The notes: generated by a model not told the origin, from the letters alone. A stretch of DNA of 64,000 nt from Candidatus Thorarchaeota archaeon (GCA_963726195.1 CAVSBO010000004.1:224001-288000), one strand, 5' to 3'; counted from the stretch's first letter, positions 1 to 10,972 are shown. A program made the numbers and translations.

Positions 1-2560
1 TCATACAATGCTTACCTTTGGTCAAGCTCTCACATGGCCCTCTACACGTACTTGGGGTCGGTCGGCAGCTATCAGCAGTTCACCCTCCTCGTCATGATTC
101 CTAAGGATTGGGGAAACGCGACAGTCTATGATCCGTTCTTTGCAGATGTGACTGCGCAGTGCTTGATACAGACCGGGAGAATCACGATTCCTCAGAGTGT
201 TCTGAACCGACTCGGGTGGTGGCAAATCGCCCTACAAGCACCGAACTACGCGAGTTCTCTGGTCATCCAGAAGTACGACTTTGCTACCTACGAATGGCTC
301 AATAGCACAAGCTTCAGGGTCGGCAATACCACAAGAGCGTCAATATCGATTGAGCGGGGCTCCTCTTTCCCGGCTGTTGTCAACTACGTGAATGCCACAT
401 GGGCTCTGCCAAATGGGACTCCTTGGTCTTTGGAGAAGCTGGGCCCCAGCACCAATGGAACGGTTCGTACTAGTTCACACGTGATAGACGCCTCCGCCTC
501 TGGCAACTGGGAATTGACGGTCGCTTGGACCAATGGCACAGAGGTTGCCTACGCAGATTCCCATTTTGTTGTCTACCATCGTGCAACTATTGCACCGATT
601 TACCCCCTAATTGAGACTGAGGACGGTCAGGTCGTTGCAGAGGTATTGAGATACGCAGACGCTGAGACCGGCGAATACTTGACTGACGACTCTGCCACCG
701 TTGCCGCCAACTGGTCTGTCGCCAAAGTGACGTTTGTCCCCAATCTCGCAAAGAAATGGTGGGAGGCGGACTTGAATACGTCCCTGATTGCGCCCGGCGC
801 TCATATCGTGAGGGTCAACGCTTCGATGGCATATTTCGACAATTCTTGGTGTGCTTTCGTCGTCAGGTCGTACATCAGGACGCGACTGACTTCTCCGAAT
901 GTCCCTTGGACCAATTCTGGATGGAACCAGACGTCAGCATTGACCTTCTTGTTTGAAGCTTACAATCATGCGAGCGGACTCTGGATTCCTGTCACGAACA
1001 CTAGCGGTGACATTCTATTATATACGAACTGGAGCCTAGGTGCGTGGAGAGCCGAAGAGAGCAGCACTTCGGGAGTCTACGCAGTCTTCATAGACACTGG
1101 AGCACTGCCTGCGGGCAATTGGGTGCTCAACATCACTATTGCCAAATCAAACTACCAGACTGGCCATGCATTGCTTACGTTGATTGTGTCACGCCCCTTG
1201 ATCAAGGCAGCGGTCGATGGAACTGGTCCTCATAGTGTATTGCGCGTAGGCAAGGCCACATCGTTCACCCTTCGTTACCACGTACTGAACGGAACTACTG
1301 GCATTTCGGGTGCGACCGTTCTAACTTCAGGTGAACCTTCGGCTTGGTTCTCATTCAGTGACTTGGGCGACGGAGTCTACAACGTGACGCTTACACCAAA
1401 CGGGATCGGCGACTATGCGGCCGTTCTCACATTCGACCGGCCTGGGTTTGAGGAAGAGCGATTCCCGGTGTCGTTCAGCGTGACCGAAATACCGATGAGC
1501 GTTCAACTCCTGTCCGAATCGTTTGCCACTGAGGGGATACCTTTCGACGTTATCGTTCGTGTATACGAGGTGGGAAGTGGTGCTCCTGTTTCAGGAGCAG
1601 AAGTCACGTTCAGGATTTCCTCAATGGGTGCAGGGGAGTTCCATTTGATGGAGGAGACATCTCAGGCTGGCACGTATCGCTCTGCATACACGATACCTAT
1701 TTGGCAAGATTACACCAACTACTCTCTTGAGGTCAAGGTGAGCAAGGACAACTACTCGCTCGTCGGTGGGTTCTCAGTCCCGTTCCACAAGACGACCGAT
1801 CTTGTCATGAGGATGGAACCTCTAATAGCCGGCTCTGGCTCTGCAGTTCTTCTGCTCTTGGGGGCAATTGCCCGTCATGAGAGTGTCCACAAGACGAAAG
1901 CGGGAACACAACCTTCAGGCCCTCTCTGTCAAGGAACGATTCGATGATGTTTCAAACGTGCTCAGCGTCATGGTCCTGCAGAAGAAGAGCGGCATACTGC
2001 TGTACTCGAAGACTCTGAAAGGGGGATTCGAAGAGAGCATGGTGTCCGCATTCATTTCCGCTGTCACTAATTTCCGAACAGAGTTCGGGATTGACCAGGA
2101 TCGTATGGACTTCCAGGTTATTCCCATCTCGGACATTATCAGTGCAGTTCCCACAATGAACCTCATTTGTGCCTTTGTCACAGTGTTGATGCCATCTCTC
2201 GGTCAGGAAACAAGAATGGAGAGTTATGCGCGGGCAGCAGGAGCGATATTCGATGACCTTTTTGCGAATCCTCAAAACGAAGTGCTGGACCCGGAAACAC
2301 TACGCAAGTTCGACTCATTATTCAACGACTTGATGGATGGGTCCCTTCTGCAAACCTACAGAACCAGAGCACAAGCATCAGTTCCTCGACAGATGAAGTG
2401 TTCCAAGGCCACGCTTCTCGCATAGAGAACGGTGAAGGATTCAAACTCAACGAGCTTGCAAAGGGCACGGCATCATGGGATTGAGGAAGCCGCGGGACAG
2501 GATCATTGTAGACGCTATTCAGAAGGACGTTCTCGTGAATGCTGATGTAAGCAGAAAGAG
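1..2560 (+). CDS. 5'-truncated large surface glycoprotein: beta-rich Ig-like ectodomain, single TM, cytoplasmic longin-like domain and probable winged-helix tail (frameshifted; 3' end approximate)
   Basis: ORF 34..1947 is beta-rich with many N-x-S/T sequons and ends in TM PLIAGSGSAVLLLLGA. It continues after an indel at ~1868 in ORF 1868..2425 (RRKR stop-transfer; VLSVMVLQKKSGILLYSK..MVSAFISAVTNF longin pattern), with further indels at ~2410 and ~2480. Confidence 0.7.
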
Positions 2561-2895
2561 CCGAGTGCGCCTCGGTGAATCCCATGCAATGCGGTGCCCG
2601 TACCCCTTCAAGATAGAATCACAAAGATGTCATATTCATGTGGGCGAGAGCTTCTGTGGGCACAAATGGCAGTCAACCCTCTCCCCTTGTCTTCGGATGG
2701 AGCGGCGTCCTGGGCTTTGATAGGAGCCATCTGATGCCATCGGGCTGTTGTACCGAGGCGTATTCAGAGGTCTCCTCTGGGTAATACTAGCATATCATCT
2801 CAGTATCTTCTATATAGTATCAAGCCTTATTAAGCAATCCAGCGGAAGGAGAGGTAAGTTGTATCTCAAAAAGAGTACAACCGGAGACGCGAACC

Positions 2896-3042
2896 ATGGC
2901 CCAGATTATCCGGAAGAAGAACCCGTCGACTTTGCAGAGAAATGCGCAAGTTCTGCATGTGCTGTACGGGCTTCTCGACAGCGACAAGGAGCCAACCGAC
3001 GCTGATGCCGAGAAGCTCCGGTATCTCTATGCGAGTTCCTAG
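2896..3042 (+). CDS. 48-aa small protein MAQIIRKKNPSTLQRNAQVLHVLYGLLDSDKEPTDADAEKLRYLYASS (below ORF-track cutoff)
   Basis: Translated by hand. GGAG lies upstream of ATG 2896, with AT-rich TATA-like sequences at ~2810-2833; composition is protein-like and helical. Confidence 0.55.
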   Translation: MAQIIRKKNPSTLQRNAQVLHVLYGLLDSDKEPTDADAEKLRYLYASS

Positions 3043-3113
3043 TTGCACTCACGCTCCTCAAACAATCTGAGGTCTTTTGCTGTCTCACTGCTTGCACCTC
3101 CCGGCAAGCAGAC

Positions 3114-3149
3114 AAAAAAAGGAGGGCAGGTCCCTCGGGATCTGCTCTC
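3114..3149 (-). terminator. Hairpin plus U7 tract, probable terminator for the minus-strand gene ending at 3264
   Basis: GAGGGCAGGTCCC-TC-GGGATCTGCTCTC imperfect inverted repeat preceded by A7 on the + strand. Confidence 0.55.
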
Positions 3150-3263
3150 ACACTATTCTAATTCTTGACTCGTCGCATTCCTCAATGGAAAGCGATTACT
3201 CAGTTGTTCGAGATAGTTGCTATCCAAGTAGGCAGTTCATTGCGTGACGCCTTGTCAGATTCC

Positions 3264-3878
3264 CTAATGGTGAAGCAATGCCAGAATCACGCTTCCAAAC
3301 ATTAGTAACAAGACAAGCAGGATCACGAGAGCGCAGCAGCAACAAATCAGTATCCCGCCGCCGCCCTTGCCCTTGAAGAAGACTGAATCGATGACCGTAG
3401 CTGATGCTACGGCGTGTGTCCAGTCCATGGAGTTTCCGACAGAAATCCTATACGAATCTCTGACGTGTAACACCTTCTTGTCGAACCTAAAAGCGAACTC
3501 GCCCTTTTCGTTTCTCGCTTCGAAGCCCCAAGCTAGGTATCCGCCATGAGCCTTGAGCACATGGTCTTGGTAGTAAATCTGGAAGCTCTTGCGCAGGGCA
3601 AATAGGGGTCGCGTCAGCTTTGCTATCTTCGTGCCGTCTTCTCCAATGAGCCAAAAGGTTCTGCTGAGGAATCCGCCCTTGGCGGTGAGAATCTTCTCAC
3701 CACGTTCATTCTCGAAAACAAGAGTTGCTCGGAAGATGCTCAACCAGGTCTGTCGTCCGACTGCTACCTTCTCTCCTGTCTGTTCATCGTAAATCTCAAA
3801 GACAGGTCTTGCTGCGACGAGTTTCTGAACAACCTTGAGGTTGCGAGCGTCTGCAGGTATAGTGGATTCCTGTTTCAA
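3264..3878 (-). CDS. LURP-one/scramblase (Tubby C-terminal-like) protein with C-terminal Cys4 and TM anchor
   Basis: Repeated F-x-I-x-D/GxxI beta motifs, KKVLHVRDSYRISV and AVASATVIDSVFF, then GGGG-ILICCCCALVILL. Confidence 0.75.
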   Translation of the reverse strand: MKQESTIPADARNLKVVQKLVAARPVFEIYDEQTGEKVAVGRQTWLSIFRATLVFENERGEKILTAKGGFLSRTFWLIGEDGTKIAKLTRPLFALRKSFQIYYQDHVLKAHGGYLAWGFEARNEKGEFAFRFDKKVLHVRDSYRISVGNSMDWTHAVASATVIDSVFFKGKGGGGILICCCCALVILLVLLLMFGSVILALLHH

Positions 3879-4110
3879 AATAGTACCTCATCAATTCCAG
3901 CGTTAACCAATCTAATAAGCTAATGTCGGTTCTATGACAAGAAAGCGTGGGCTCTTTAGCTAGAAACTGAATGGGCCGTACTTTCTTGGGCAATGTCATT
4001 CTGAATCTCAGCTCTGCCTAGCCGCTTAGGAATGCTATCGTGGCGCGCTTATGGTAATGCTAAAGTGAGCTAGTCACTCACGGGTGCCATAGTGAACAGG
4101 TGATATTGGC

Positions 4111-5427
4111 ATGTTGGAGAAGTACAGAAGGACCACTCCCGGCTCGAGGCAGTTATTTGACCGCGCACAGCACTTGTTTGCAGGCGGCGTCAATCATAAC
4201 CTTCGGACATTTGGTTTGGTCCATTCTGGAGCGTACCCTCCGTTCATGAGGAAGGCCAATGGCAGTCACATCTGGGACGTTGATGGCAATGAGTACATTG
4301 ATTGGTGGATGGTTCACTACTCAGCGATTTTGGGTCACAATCATCCGAAGGTAATCAAAGCTATACGGACACAGTTGGAAAACGGCTGCCACTTCGGCAC
4401 CTTGAACGAACCTCAAATCCAGTTTGCTGAGAGACTTCAGAAAGCTGTGCCGGGTCTTGCCAAGATGAGGTTCTGTTCAACTGGCAGCGAATCGACTATG
4501 TATGCGGTCCGGCTTGCTCGTCTCTACGCCCAGAGACCTCTTGTGGCCAAGGCTCTGGGCGGATGGCACGGCGGCAACGACGCGCTGGCTTACCACCTCA
4601 AGTATCCTTTCGATGACGCGCCCTTCTTCAATGGCGTGTCCTTCGATTTTAATGACCGCGATAGTGTCGACATGATGATGAGGAAATGTGGGAAGGACCT
4701 CGCAGCCGTGATAGTGGAACCTGTGCTGGGAGCCGGCGGGGGTCTGCCGCCTGAGCAAGACTTTCTGCGATACTTGCGAGAAGAGACTCAGAAGCGCGGC
4801 ATTCTACTCATCTTCGACGAGATTGTCACGGGCTTCAGGCTTCGGTATGGATCTGCTGGAAAGAGCATCTTTGGTGCGGAACCGGACCTGATGACTTTAG
4901 GCAAGATTGTTGCGGGAGGTATGCCTCTTGGAGTGTACGGTGGCCGCGAAGACATCATGTCGCTGGCCGCGCCCGGGGCGGCTGGAGGGCGCTGGGTTGG
5001 CGGTGGCACGTTTTCTGACCATCCGCTATCCATGGCGGCTGGCATTGCCACGTTGGATGTGCTATTGTCAATCAAAGACAAGTATGCCACCCTGAACAAC
5101 ACGGGCGACAAGTTTCGCGCGCGTGTCAACGAAATCTTCGAGCAGGAGAAGGTGAATGCGTTGGCGACCGGCTACGGTTCAATAGCATTCATTCATTGGC
5201 TCAAACATGAGGCGCCCAGTCCTCCTCTGACAGGAAGAAAGATTGGAGAGGCAATAGACAACGATGGTCTGGAGATGTTCCAGGCTCTGCTTCTCGAAAA
5301 AGGAGTACTAGGCTACCACGGTCTCGGAGCGTTGTCATTTGTTCACTCAGACAAGGACCTAGATGACACTCTCAATGCGATCTCGGCTGTAGCTAAGGAG
5401 ATGAAGAATCCAAGGGTCGTCCACTGA
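4111..5427 (+). CDS. Class III PLP aminotransferase, glutamate-1-semialdehyde 2,1-aminomutase (HemL)-like
   Basis: GSHIWDVDGNEYIDW, STGSES, LIFDEIVTGFR, PDLMTLGKIVAGGMP, GGTF. Confidence 0.85.
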   Translation: MLEKYRRTTPGSRQLFDRAQHLFAGGVNHNLRTFGLVHSGAYPPFMRKANGSHIWDVDGNEYIDWWMVHYSAILGHNHPKVIKAIRTQLENGCHFGTLNEPQIQFAERLQKAVPGLAKMRFCSTGSESTMYAVRLARLYAQRPLVAKALGGWHGGNDALAYHLKYPFDDAPFFNGVSFDFNDRDSVDMMMRKCGKDLAAVIVEPVLGAGGGLPPEQDFLRYLREETQKRGILLIFDEIVTGFRLRYGSAGKSIFGAEPDLMTLGKIVAGGMPLGVYGGREDIMSLAAPGAAGGRWVGGGTFSDHPLSMAAGIATLDVLLSIKDKYATLNNTGDKFRARVNEIFEQEKVNALATGYGSIAFIHWLKHEAPSPPLTGRKIGEAIDNDGLEMFQALLLEKGVLGYHGLGALSFVHSDKDLDDTLNAISAVAKEMKNPRVVH

Positions 5428-5433
5428 GGCGAC

Positions 5434-6406
5434 CTATTCCCACAGGTCTGTGCTCAGGTACTTGAGACCGCTGTCGCAGAGCAAGACGACGATTGTCTTT
5501 CCCCTGAGGTTTCCGTTCAACAGCTTCAGAGCCGCTGCTACGTTAGCTCCAGAGGAGAAGCCCGCGAAGAGCCCTTCCTCTGCAGCCAGTCGTCTTGTGG
5601 TGCGAATCGCTTCTTCATTCGATACTTGCAGGTACCCATCGGGTTTGATATCTTTCAGGAACTCCAGTTCAGTCATTGAGTAGCCACCGCCCTGTATCTT
5701 GTGGTCAGGGTTTGTGACCCTCTTGCCTGCCAAAACTGCGGCGCTCTCGGGCTCGACGACGTAGCATTTCGTCTTGGGGTTTCGTTCACGAAGGGCCTTG
5801 GAAACGCCAGCGAAGCTTCCTCCTGAACCAACAAAATCGCAGAAGGCGTCGAACTTGCCACCGGTCTGTTCGATGATTTCTTTCCCAGTGTGGAGGTAAT
5901 GAGCCCTCCAGTTGCCTCCAAGATGAAACTGGTCCGCGCGAAAAGCCGAGCTCCTTTGTTAGCCGCTCGGTCTCTTTCCCGACAAGTGCGAGCGACTCTC
6001 CCGACACCTGTCCCGGTCGTGAACCTGGGGCTTGATCCACAAGCACCACATGAGCCCCGAGAGCCTTCATCATGCGTGCTCTTTCAGGGGAATTGCCTTT
6101 GCTCATCACTACGTAGAGCGGGTATCCCTTTGCTGCACACACAATCGCTAATCCAGTCCCTGTATTGCCGCTCGTTAGTTCAATGACAGTTTGACCGGGT
6201 TTCAGAATCCCGGAGGACTCAGCCTCTTCAATCATCTGAAGGGCGATTCGGTCTTTCTTCGAGTATCCCGGATTCAAGAACTCGACTTTGGCTAGAATCC
6301 TACCTTGCACTCCCTTTGTGTTCTGCACAAGTCTGTGCAAGTCGACAATCGGGGTGTTGCCAATCGTGCTCAGTACGGAACTGCAGATGCTCTCATTTCT
6401 ATTCAT
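5434..6406 (-). CDS. Cysteine synthase family PLP enzyme (CysK/CysM-like), one indel at ~5945
   Basis: IGNTPIV, KVEFLNPGYSKKDRIA, TSGNTG; after the shift FVGSGGS...KIQGGG...GFSSGAN...CDSGLKYLST. Confidence 0.85.
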
Positions 6407-6645
6407 GTGTACCGACCAAGCTATCAACGTGATAAGGATGCGGCGTGATGAATAGAAGCGCCTCAAATGAATTCTCCTTTGTAGTGCGACAGGGACAATG
6501 ACTGTCAGGACCTAAGGTCGGAAAGCTCTTAACTTCAGACAATCTCAACCTGAAGTTGTCATGCGTTATTCGCGTCAGTCGTGCATGGCTACCAAAAAGA
6601 CCGTATGGGGTGATATGTGTGGGATCTGCTTCGAGCTCAAGTGAT

Positions 6646-7083
6646 ATGGTGAGGACGATTTCAGCCGTCCAGATTATCCTGACCTTGGTAGGTTTGTTGC
6701 TGCTATTCACGACCCCGTTTGCAACCTACGATGCTTACCACGGGTCTTGGTACAACTATGGCATCTGGTATAGCGACAGCCTAGTTACTTGGTCGCTGAC
6801 CGGCATATCTGTGGTTCTCCTTCTTCTCATTGCCTATAGTGGTTTCAAGAGGGGTTGGAGCCCTTCGGCCGGAGTCCGAGCTAGGTATGCCAAGTTGACA
6901 ATTACATTGGGTTTGGTCCTCATAGTGTTCTCCATAGTCGTGGCTGGTGTGAGCTACGTGTTGGCTCTCGCGGACAGTGCTGGGGCATATTACTTTGGCA
7001 CGGTGCCAATAGCTTTCCTGATTGGTGGCGTTCTTTTCATGCTGATTGGTTTCGTTCGACCCGCAACGATGGCACCCAGTTAG
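6646..7083 (+). CDS. Four-TM membrane protein, claudin/PMP22-like topology possible
   Basis: Four hydrophobic segments; YGIW in loop 1; YYFG before TM4. Confidence 0.6.
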   Translation: MVRTISAVQIILTLVGLLLLFTTPFATYDAYHGSWYNYGIWYSDSLVTWSLTGISVVLLLLIAYSGFKRGWSPSAGVRARYAKLTITLGLVLIVFSIVVAGVSYVLALADSAGAYYFGTVPIAFLIGGVLFMLIGFVRPATMAPS

Positions 7084-7160
7084 AGGCTAGGATGTCACAG
7101 AGTAATCCATGACTCACAGGTCAAAACGGAGCAACTCTGACACCCGAGAGAGTGCGAAGA

Positions 7161-8297
7161 ATGAATCGTGGGCACTTTCAGCACGGAGTCTTCGTACTCT
7201 CAGTCTTTCTGTTCGTCGGAGGAGTGCTGCTGTTTGCCTATCACCTTTTGCATACCCCCTCTCAACCGTCAATGCAGAAGCAACCAGAACCGTTAATCTG
7301 AGTTTTCTGCTTTCTTTGGATAGTCCTTCACACAACATGAGTCCTCGAGAGCACGACAATAGAGGTGGAGATTGTCAGACTGCAGTCGAATGATACCCCA
7401 ATCCGCATAGTTGCATATGGCATCACGGGTGTCTTTCAGGAGTTGAGCAACGTAACGACTCATCCGGAACCTAGTGCTAGATTTCTATCACGACAGCCCC
7501 CTAGACATCGGTTTCATTCGAGAAACCGGGGATGCGAATGTAACCGCTGCTTGCTCGACTTCATGATACGGTTCCAAATCCGGCAATCATCATCGGGCCG
7601 CAGGACGATTATCTTTGGATCAGGCGCATCAATCACAGGGGTTTGAGCGCTTTGGTTTCTGTACCTAGAGCTGTACAGACGCGAAGACCAGCACACGGGC
7701 GGGAATAGCCCTAGTCGGGGTCGGTTGGCTCTCATTGTTGTCCTGATGCTTCTGTCGTCCTTATGCCTCACTCCTATCACCGTTCTGTACGGCATCTAAG
7801 CGGGGCTGTTCCCGCGGCACGCGGATTCGTAGGCTATTTCGACTCGAGCGGATTACCGACCTGAATTCTTCTCATCCTCAGGATCGAGGTAGACGTCTCC
7901 CCTTTCCAGGGATGGCCGGTCCATGTCACTGATCTATAATCTCGAAGGGCCACTCCGTTCTGCGTGGAATCCTCGAACGATTCTGTGATCGACAACTGAA
8001 GAGTTTGTTTCGCATCACATGTGGGTGGGCTTTTCCGAAATCGAACTCCAGAATGATACGGTCCTTGCGCTTACGAGGCTTAATGCTAACGTCAATCCAA
8101 ATCTGCTCTGGATATCAGGATACATGGATTACGGACATCGTGGTCCAAACTGGTCTCTCCTGCTCTCACCATTTGTAGTTGTGCCTGTCTTTGCAGGATT
8201 CCTTGGGGCGGTGTTTGTTCATACGACTGAGAAAGCCAAGAGAATAGATTCCATGAAAAGAGGGGAACAAGCAAGCGCAACGGAACCCGATTCTTGA
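7161..8297 (+). pseudogene. Multiply frameshifted membrane/secreted protein remnant (or a low-quality assembly patch)
   Basis: Consecutive protein-like fragments in different frames: MNRGHFQHGVFVLSVFLFVGGVLLF / LSTVNAEATRTVNLSF / TIEVEIVRLQSNDTPIRIV / LDIGFIRETGDANVT / C-terminal TM in ORF 8019..8297. Confidence 0.45.
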
Positions 8298-8300
8298 TAC

Positions 8301-8609
8301 CTAATACCAGTCGACTTCTATGTCGTGTTCGATGCAGCCGTGACCTTTGATGTACAGCCCACCATCAATCAATCTCATGTTGAATGGAAACAGACCCACT
8401 CGATCTTCGTCTTTCATCATGACAGAGAGCTTCGCAAGATTGCCATTTACGAAACAGTCGCCTAAGTCCCTTGTCTTTATGCCTAGCCTGTTGACAAGAC
8501 CTTCGAATGTTTCGCTTGGCACGAACTCACACTTCAGCACAGTGTCCTCGTCTGCGTGACTTCCCGGAACGAGCTCTCTGAAGCGGCCGTAGAGGTGGAC
8601 TTCTATCAT
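8301..8609 (-). CDS. MoaD/ThiS/SAMP-like beta-grasp (ubiquitin-like) protein with internal GG and C-terminal extension
   Basis: MIEVHLYGRFRE...FVNG...KDEDRVGLFP..LIDGG followed by 18 further residues. Confidence 0.75.
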   Translation of the reverse strand: MIEVHLYGRFRELVPGSHADEDTVLKCEFVPSETFEGLVNRLGIKTRDLGDCFVNGNLAKLSVMMKDEDRVGLFPFNMRLIDGGLYIKGHGCIEHDIEVDWY

Positions 8610-8909
8610 CGGATGGTTGTCGAAGCAGTCCAAAGATAAGCAATCGGATATGACTCCGTTGAGGCGACCAATTGCGTCAAGAGCCGCACAATGCAACGTT
8701 AGAGTTATATCTCAGACCAGCCGATGCTGCTTCTACAACTCCAAGGCGGGATTAGAAGCTCACAGATACGAATCTTGGAACACGTGTTCCAATGAGCGCC
8801 GTTGAGAGACCATCTCTCGGGCGTTTCTCACTCCTTGTCTATGCATCACTGGGCTGCAGTGATGATTAGGCACAATCCCCCTGAAGCAACAAAGGAGCGT
8901 GACAGAAGA

Positions 8910-10943
8910 ATGAGGAAGTATCCCTGCAAAGAACCTGTCCTTGTTACATGCGGACTGCCATACGCCAGTGGCCCATTGCATCTAGGGCACCTCAGGACCT
9001 ACGTGCCTGCAGATGTCTTCGTTAGATTTCTGAGAAAGCTGGGCGTGAATACGACTTTCATTTGTGGTTCGGATACGCATGGGACTCCCATCATGGCTGC
9101 CGCCGAGAAGGCAGGTGTCACCCCTAAGGAGTTGTTCACGAAGTACCACCAGCTGTACCAGACCATCTTTCCGAGGCTCGGCATTTACTTCGACAACTAT
9201 GGTAGCACAGATGATCCAGAGAATCACAGTAGGACAACGCAGATTGTGACCGCTCTTCAAAAGGGCGGCTACATCTACGCCAAGGATCTCCAGACACCAT
9301 ACTGTGACAATGAGAAGAGATCCTTGCCTGACCGGTATGTCAGGGGCGAGTGTCCATATTGCCACAAGGATGCGAGAGGTGACGAATGTGACCAGGGGTG
9401 TGGCAGATACTTGGAGCCTGGAGAGATATTGAACCCCCGTTGCGCAATATGCGGCTCACCCACGCACCCAATAACTCGAAAGCACTACTACTTCCGGCTC
9501 ACGAGCTTCGCCGACTTCCTGCAGAAGTACCTTGAGGGACTAGACGGTACGAAGAACGCGAGGAACTACGCTCTCGGATGGCTTCACGAGGGGCTCAAAG
9601 ACTGGTGCATAACGCGTGATATTGATTGGGGCGTGAGATACCCAGGAGACGAGAAACTGGTTCTGTATGTCTGGGTTGATGCTCCTATTGGCTACATATC
9701 CAGCACTGAAGAGTGGGCCAAGAAGATTGGGAAACCGAATGCTTGGGAGCGCTTCTGGAAGCCGGGCGATGGGCGCATAGTCCATTACATAGGGCAAGAC
9801 ATTACTTACCATCACTGTATCTTCTGGCCTGCGATGCTGAAGGGAAGCGGCTACAATCTGCCGGATGCAGTAGTTGCATCAGGCATGGTGACCGTAGGAG
9901 GTAACAAGCTCAGCAAGAGCAGAGGATACGTCATCTGGATTGGAGAGGATTACTTGGACAACAACCTTGATCCTGACTATATGCGATACTACATGGTTTC
10001 GTACTCCAGCCAGACTAAGGACCTTGACTTCACGTGGGAGTCATTCAATGAGAAGGTCAACAGCGAGCTCGTGAATACACTTGGCAACTTCCTATACAGA
10101 GCATTGTACTTCGCCAAACAGAACTTCAATGGCGTCCCTCAGGGAAAACCAGCAGAAGCAATTCAGCAGAGAATCCAGAAGACAGTCGAGGCTGTCATTG
10201 ACGGCATCAACGAGTATGAGCTGAAAAAAGTGGCTGACGAGGTCATGGCTCTGGCCGCCTATGGCAACGAATACTTCCAGAGCAACAGACCGTGGGAGTT
10301 AGTCAAGAAGGACAAGGTGAAATGCCAAGAAGTGGTTTACAACTCGCTGAACTTGGCCAAAGCCATAGCAGTCCTCATTGAGCCAATCATGCCGTCTGTG
10401 GCAGAGAAGGTCTGGTGTCAGTTCGCGTTGAGTTCCGACGTGCATAAGGTCGGGCTCGACGAGACATCAAAGCCCTTGAAAGAAGGGTCGAAGCTTGGTG
10501 ATGTCAGCCCTGTAATAGTCAAAATCGATGAAGAACTCCTCTCAAGGTTGTCCGATGTGACATCCAAACGTATACAAGCGGCGCTAGCTGCGGACCATGC
10601 GGAGCCTGAAGTCAAGATGATATCTTTCGAGGAATTCAAGAAGATGGACCTGCGTGCAGGGAAAATCATCGAGTGTACTCGTGTTCCGAGAACAGACAAG
10701 CTTCTGAAGCTGCAGGTAGACATCGGCACCGAAGTTAGGACAATAGTCACTGGTCTGGGTCACCTCTATCCGCCTGAGAAGCTGAAAGGCCTTACTGCAT
10801 TGTTCATTGTCAATCTGGAATCGAAGAAGATTGGCGGAATCGAGAGCAAGGGCATGATTATCGCGATTGAGAAGGCCGATGAGCCTGACCACTGGGTCCC
10901 TGTAACAGTCGAAGGAGTACCGCCGGGAAGCAAGGCCGCTTGA
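8910..10943 (+). CDS. metG: Methionyl-tRNA synthetase with C-terminal tRNA-binding (Trbp111-like) domain
   Basis: LPYASGPLHLGH, GSDTHG, Zn knuckles, YVWVDAPIGY, KLSKS, C-terminal ISFEEFKKMDLRAG. Confidence 0.97.
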   Translation: MRKYPCKEPVLVTCGLPYASGPLHLGHLRTYVPADVFVRFLRKLGVNTTFICGSDTHGTPIMAAAEKAGVTPKELFTKYHQLYQTIFPRLGIYFDNYGSTDDPENHSRTTQIVTALQKGGYIYAKDLQTPYCDNEKRSLPDRYVRGECPYCHKDARGDECDQGCGRYLEPGEILNPRCAICGSPTHPITRKHYYFRLTSFADFLQKYLEGLDGTKNARNYALGWLHEGLKDWCITRDIDWGVRYPGDEKLVLYVWVDAPIGYISSTEEWAKKIGKPNAWERFWKPGDGRIVHYIGQDITYHHCIFWPAMLKGSGYNLPDAVVASGMVTVGGNKLSKSRGYVIWIGEDYLDNNLDPDYMRYYMVSYSSQTKDLDFTWESFNEKVNSELVNTLGNFLYRALYFAKQNFNGVPQGKPAEAIQQRIQKTVEAVIDGINEYELKKVADEVMALAAYGNEYFQSNRPWELVKKDKVKCQEVVYNSLNLAKAIAVLIEPIMPSVAEKVWCQFALSSDVHKVGLDETSKPLKEGSKLGDVSPVIVKIDEELLSRLSDVTSKRIQAALAADHAEPEVKMISFEEFKKMDLRAGKIIECTRVPRTDKLLKLQVDIGTEVRTIVTGLGHLYPPEKLKGLTALFIVNLESKKIGGIESKGMIIAIEKADEPDHWVPVTVEGVPPGSKAA

Positions 10944-10972
10944 GCCAATACTGCATAGCGCTTGGCACTACC

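Noticed and set aside
2748-3005. 85-aa ORF from the track
   Set aside because: It overlaps promoter-like DNA; the alternative frame 2896..3042 has the RBS and a better composition
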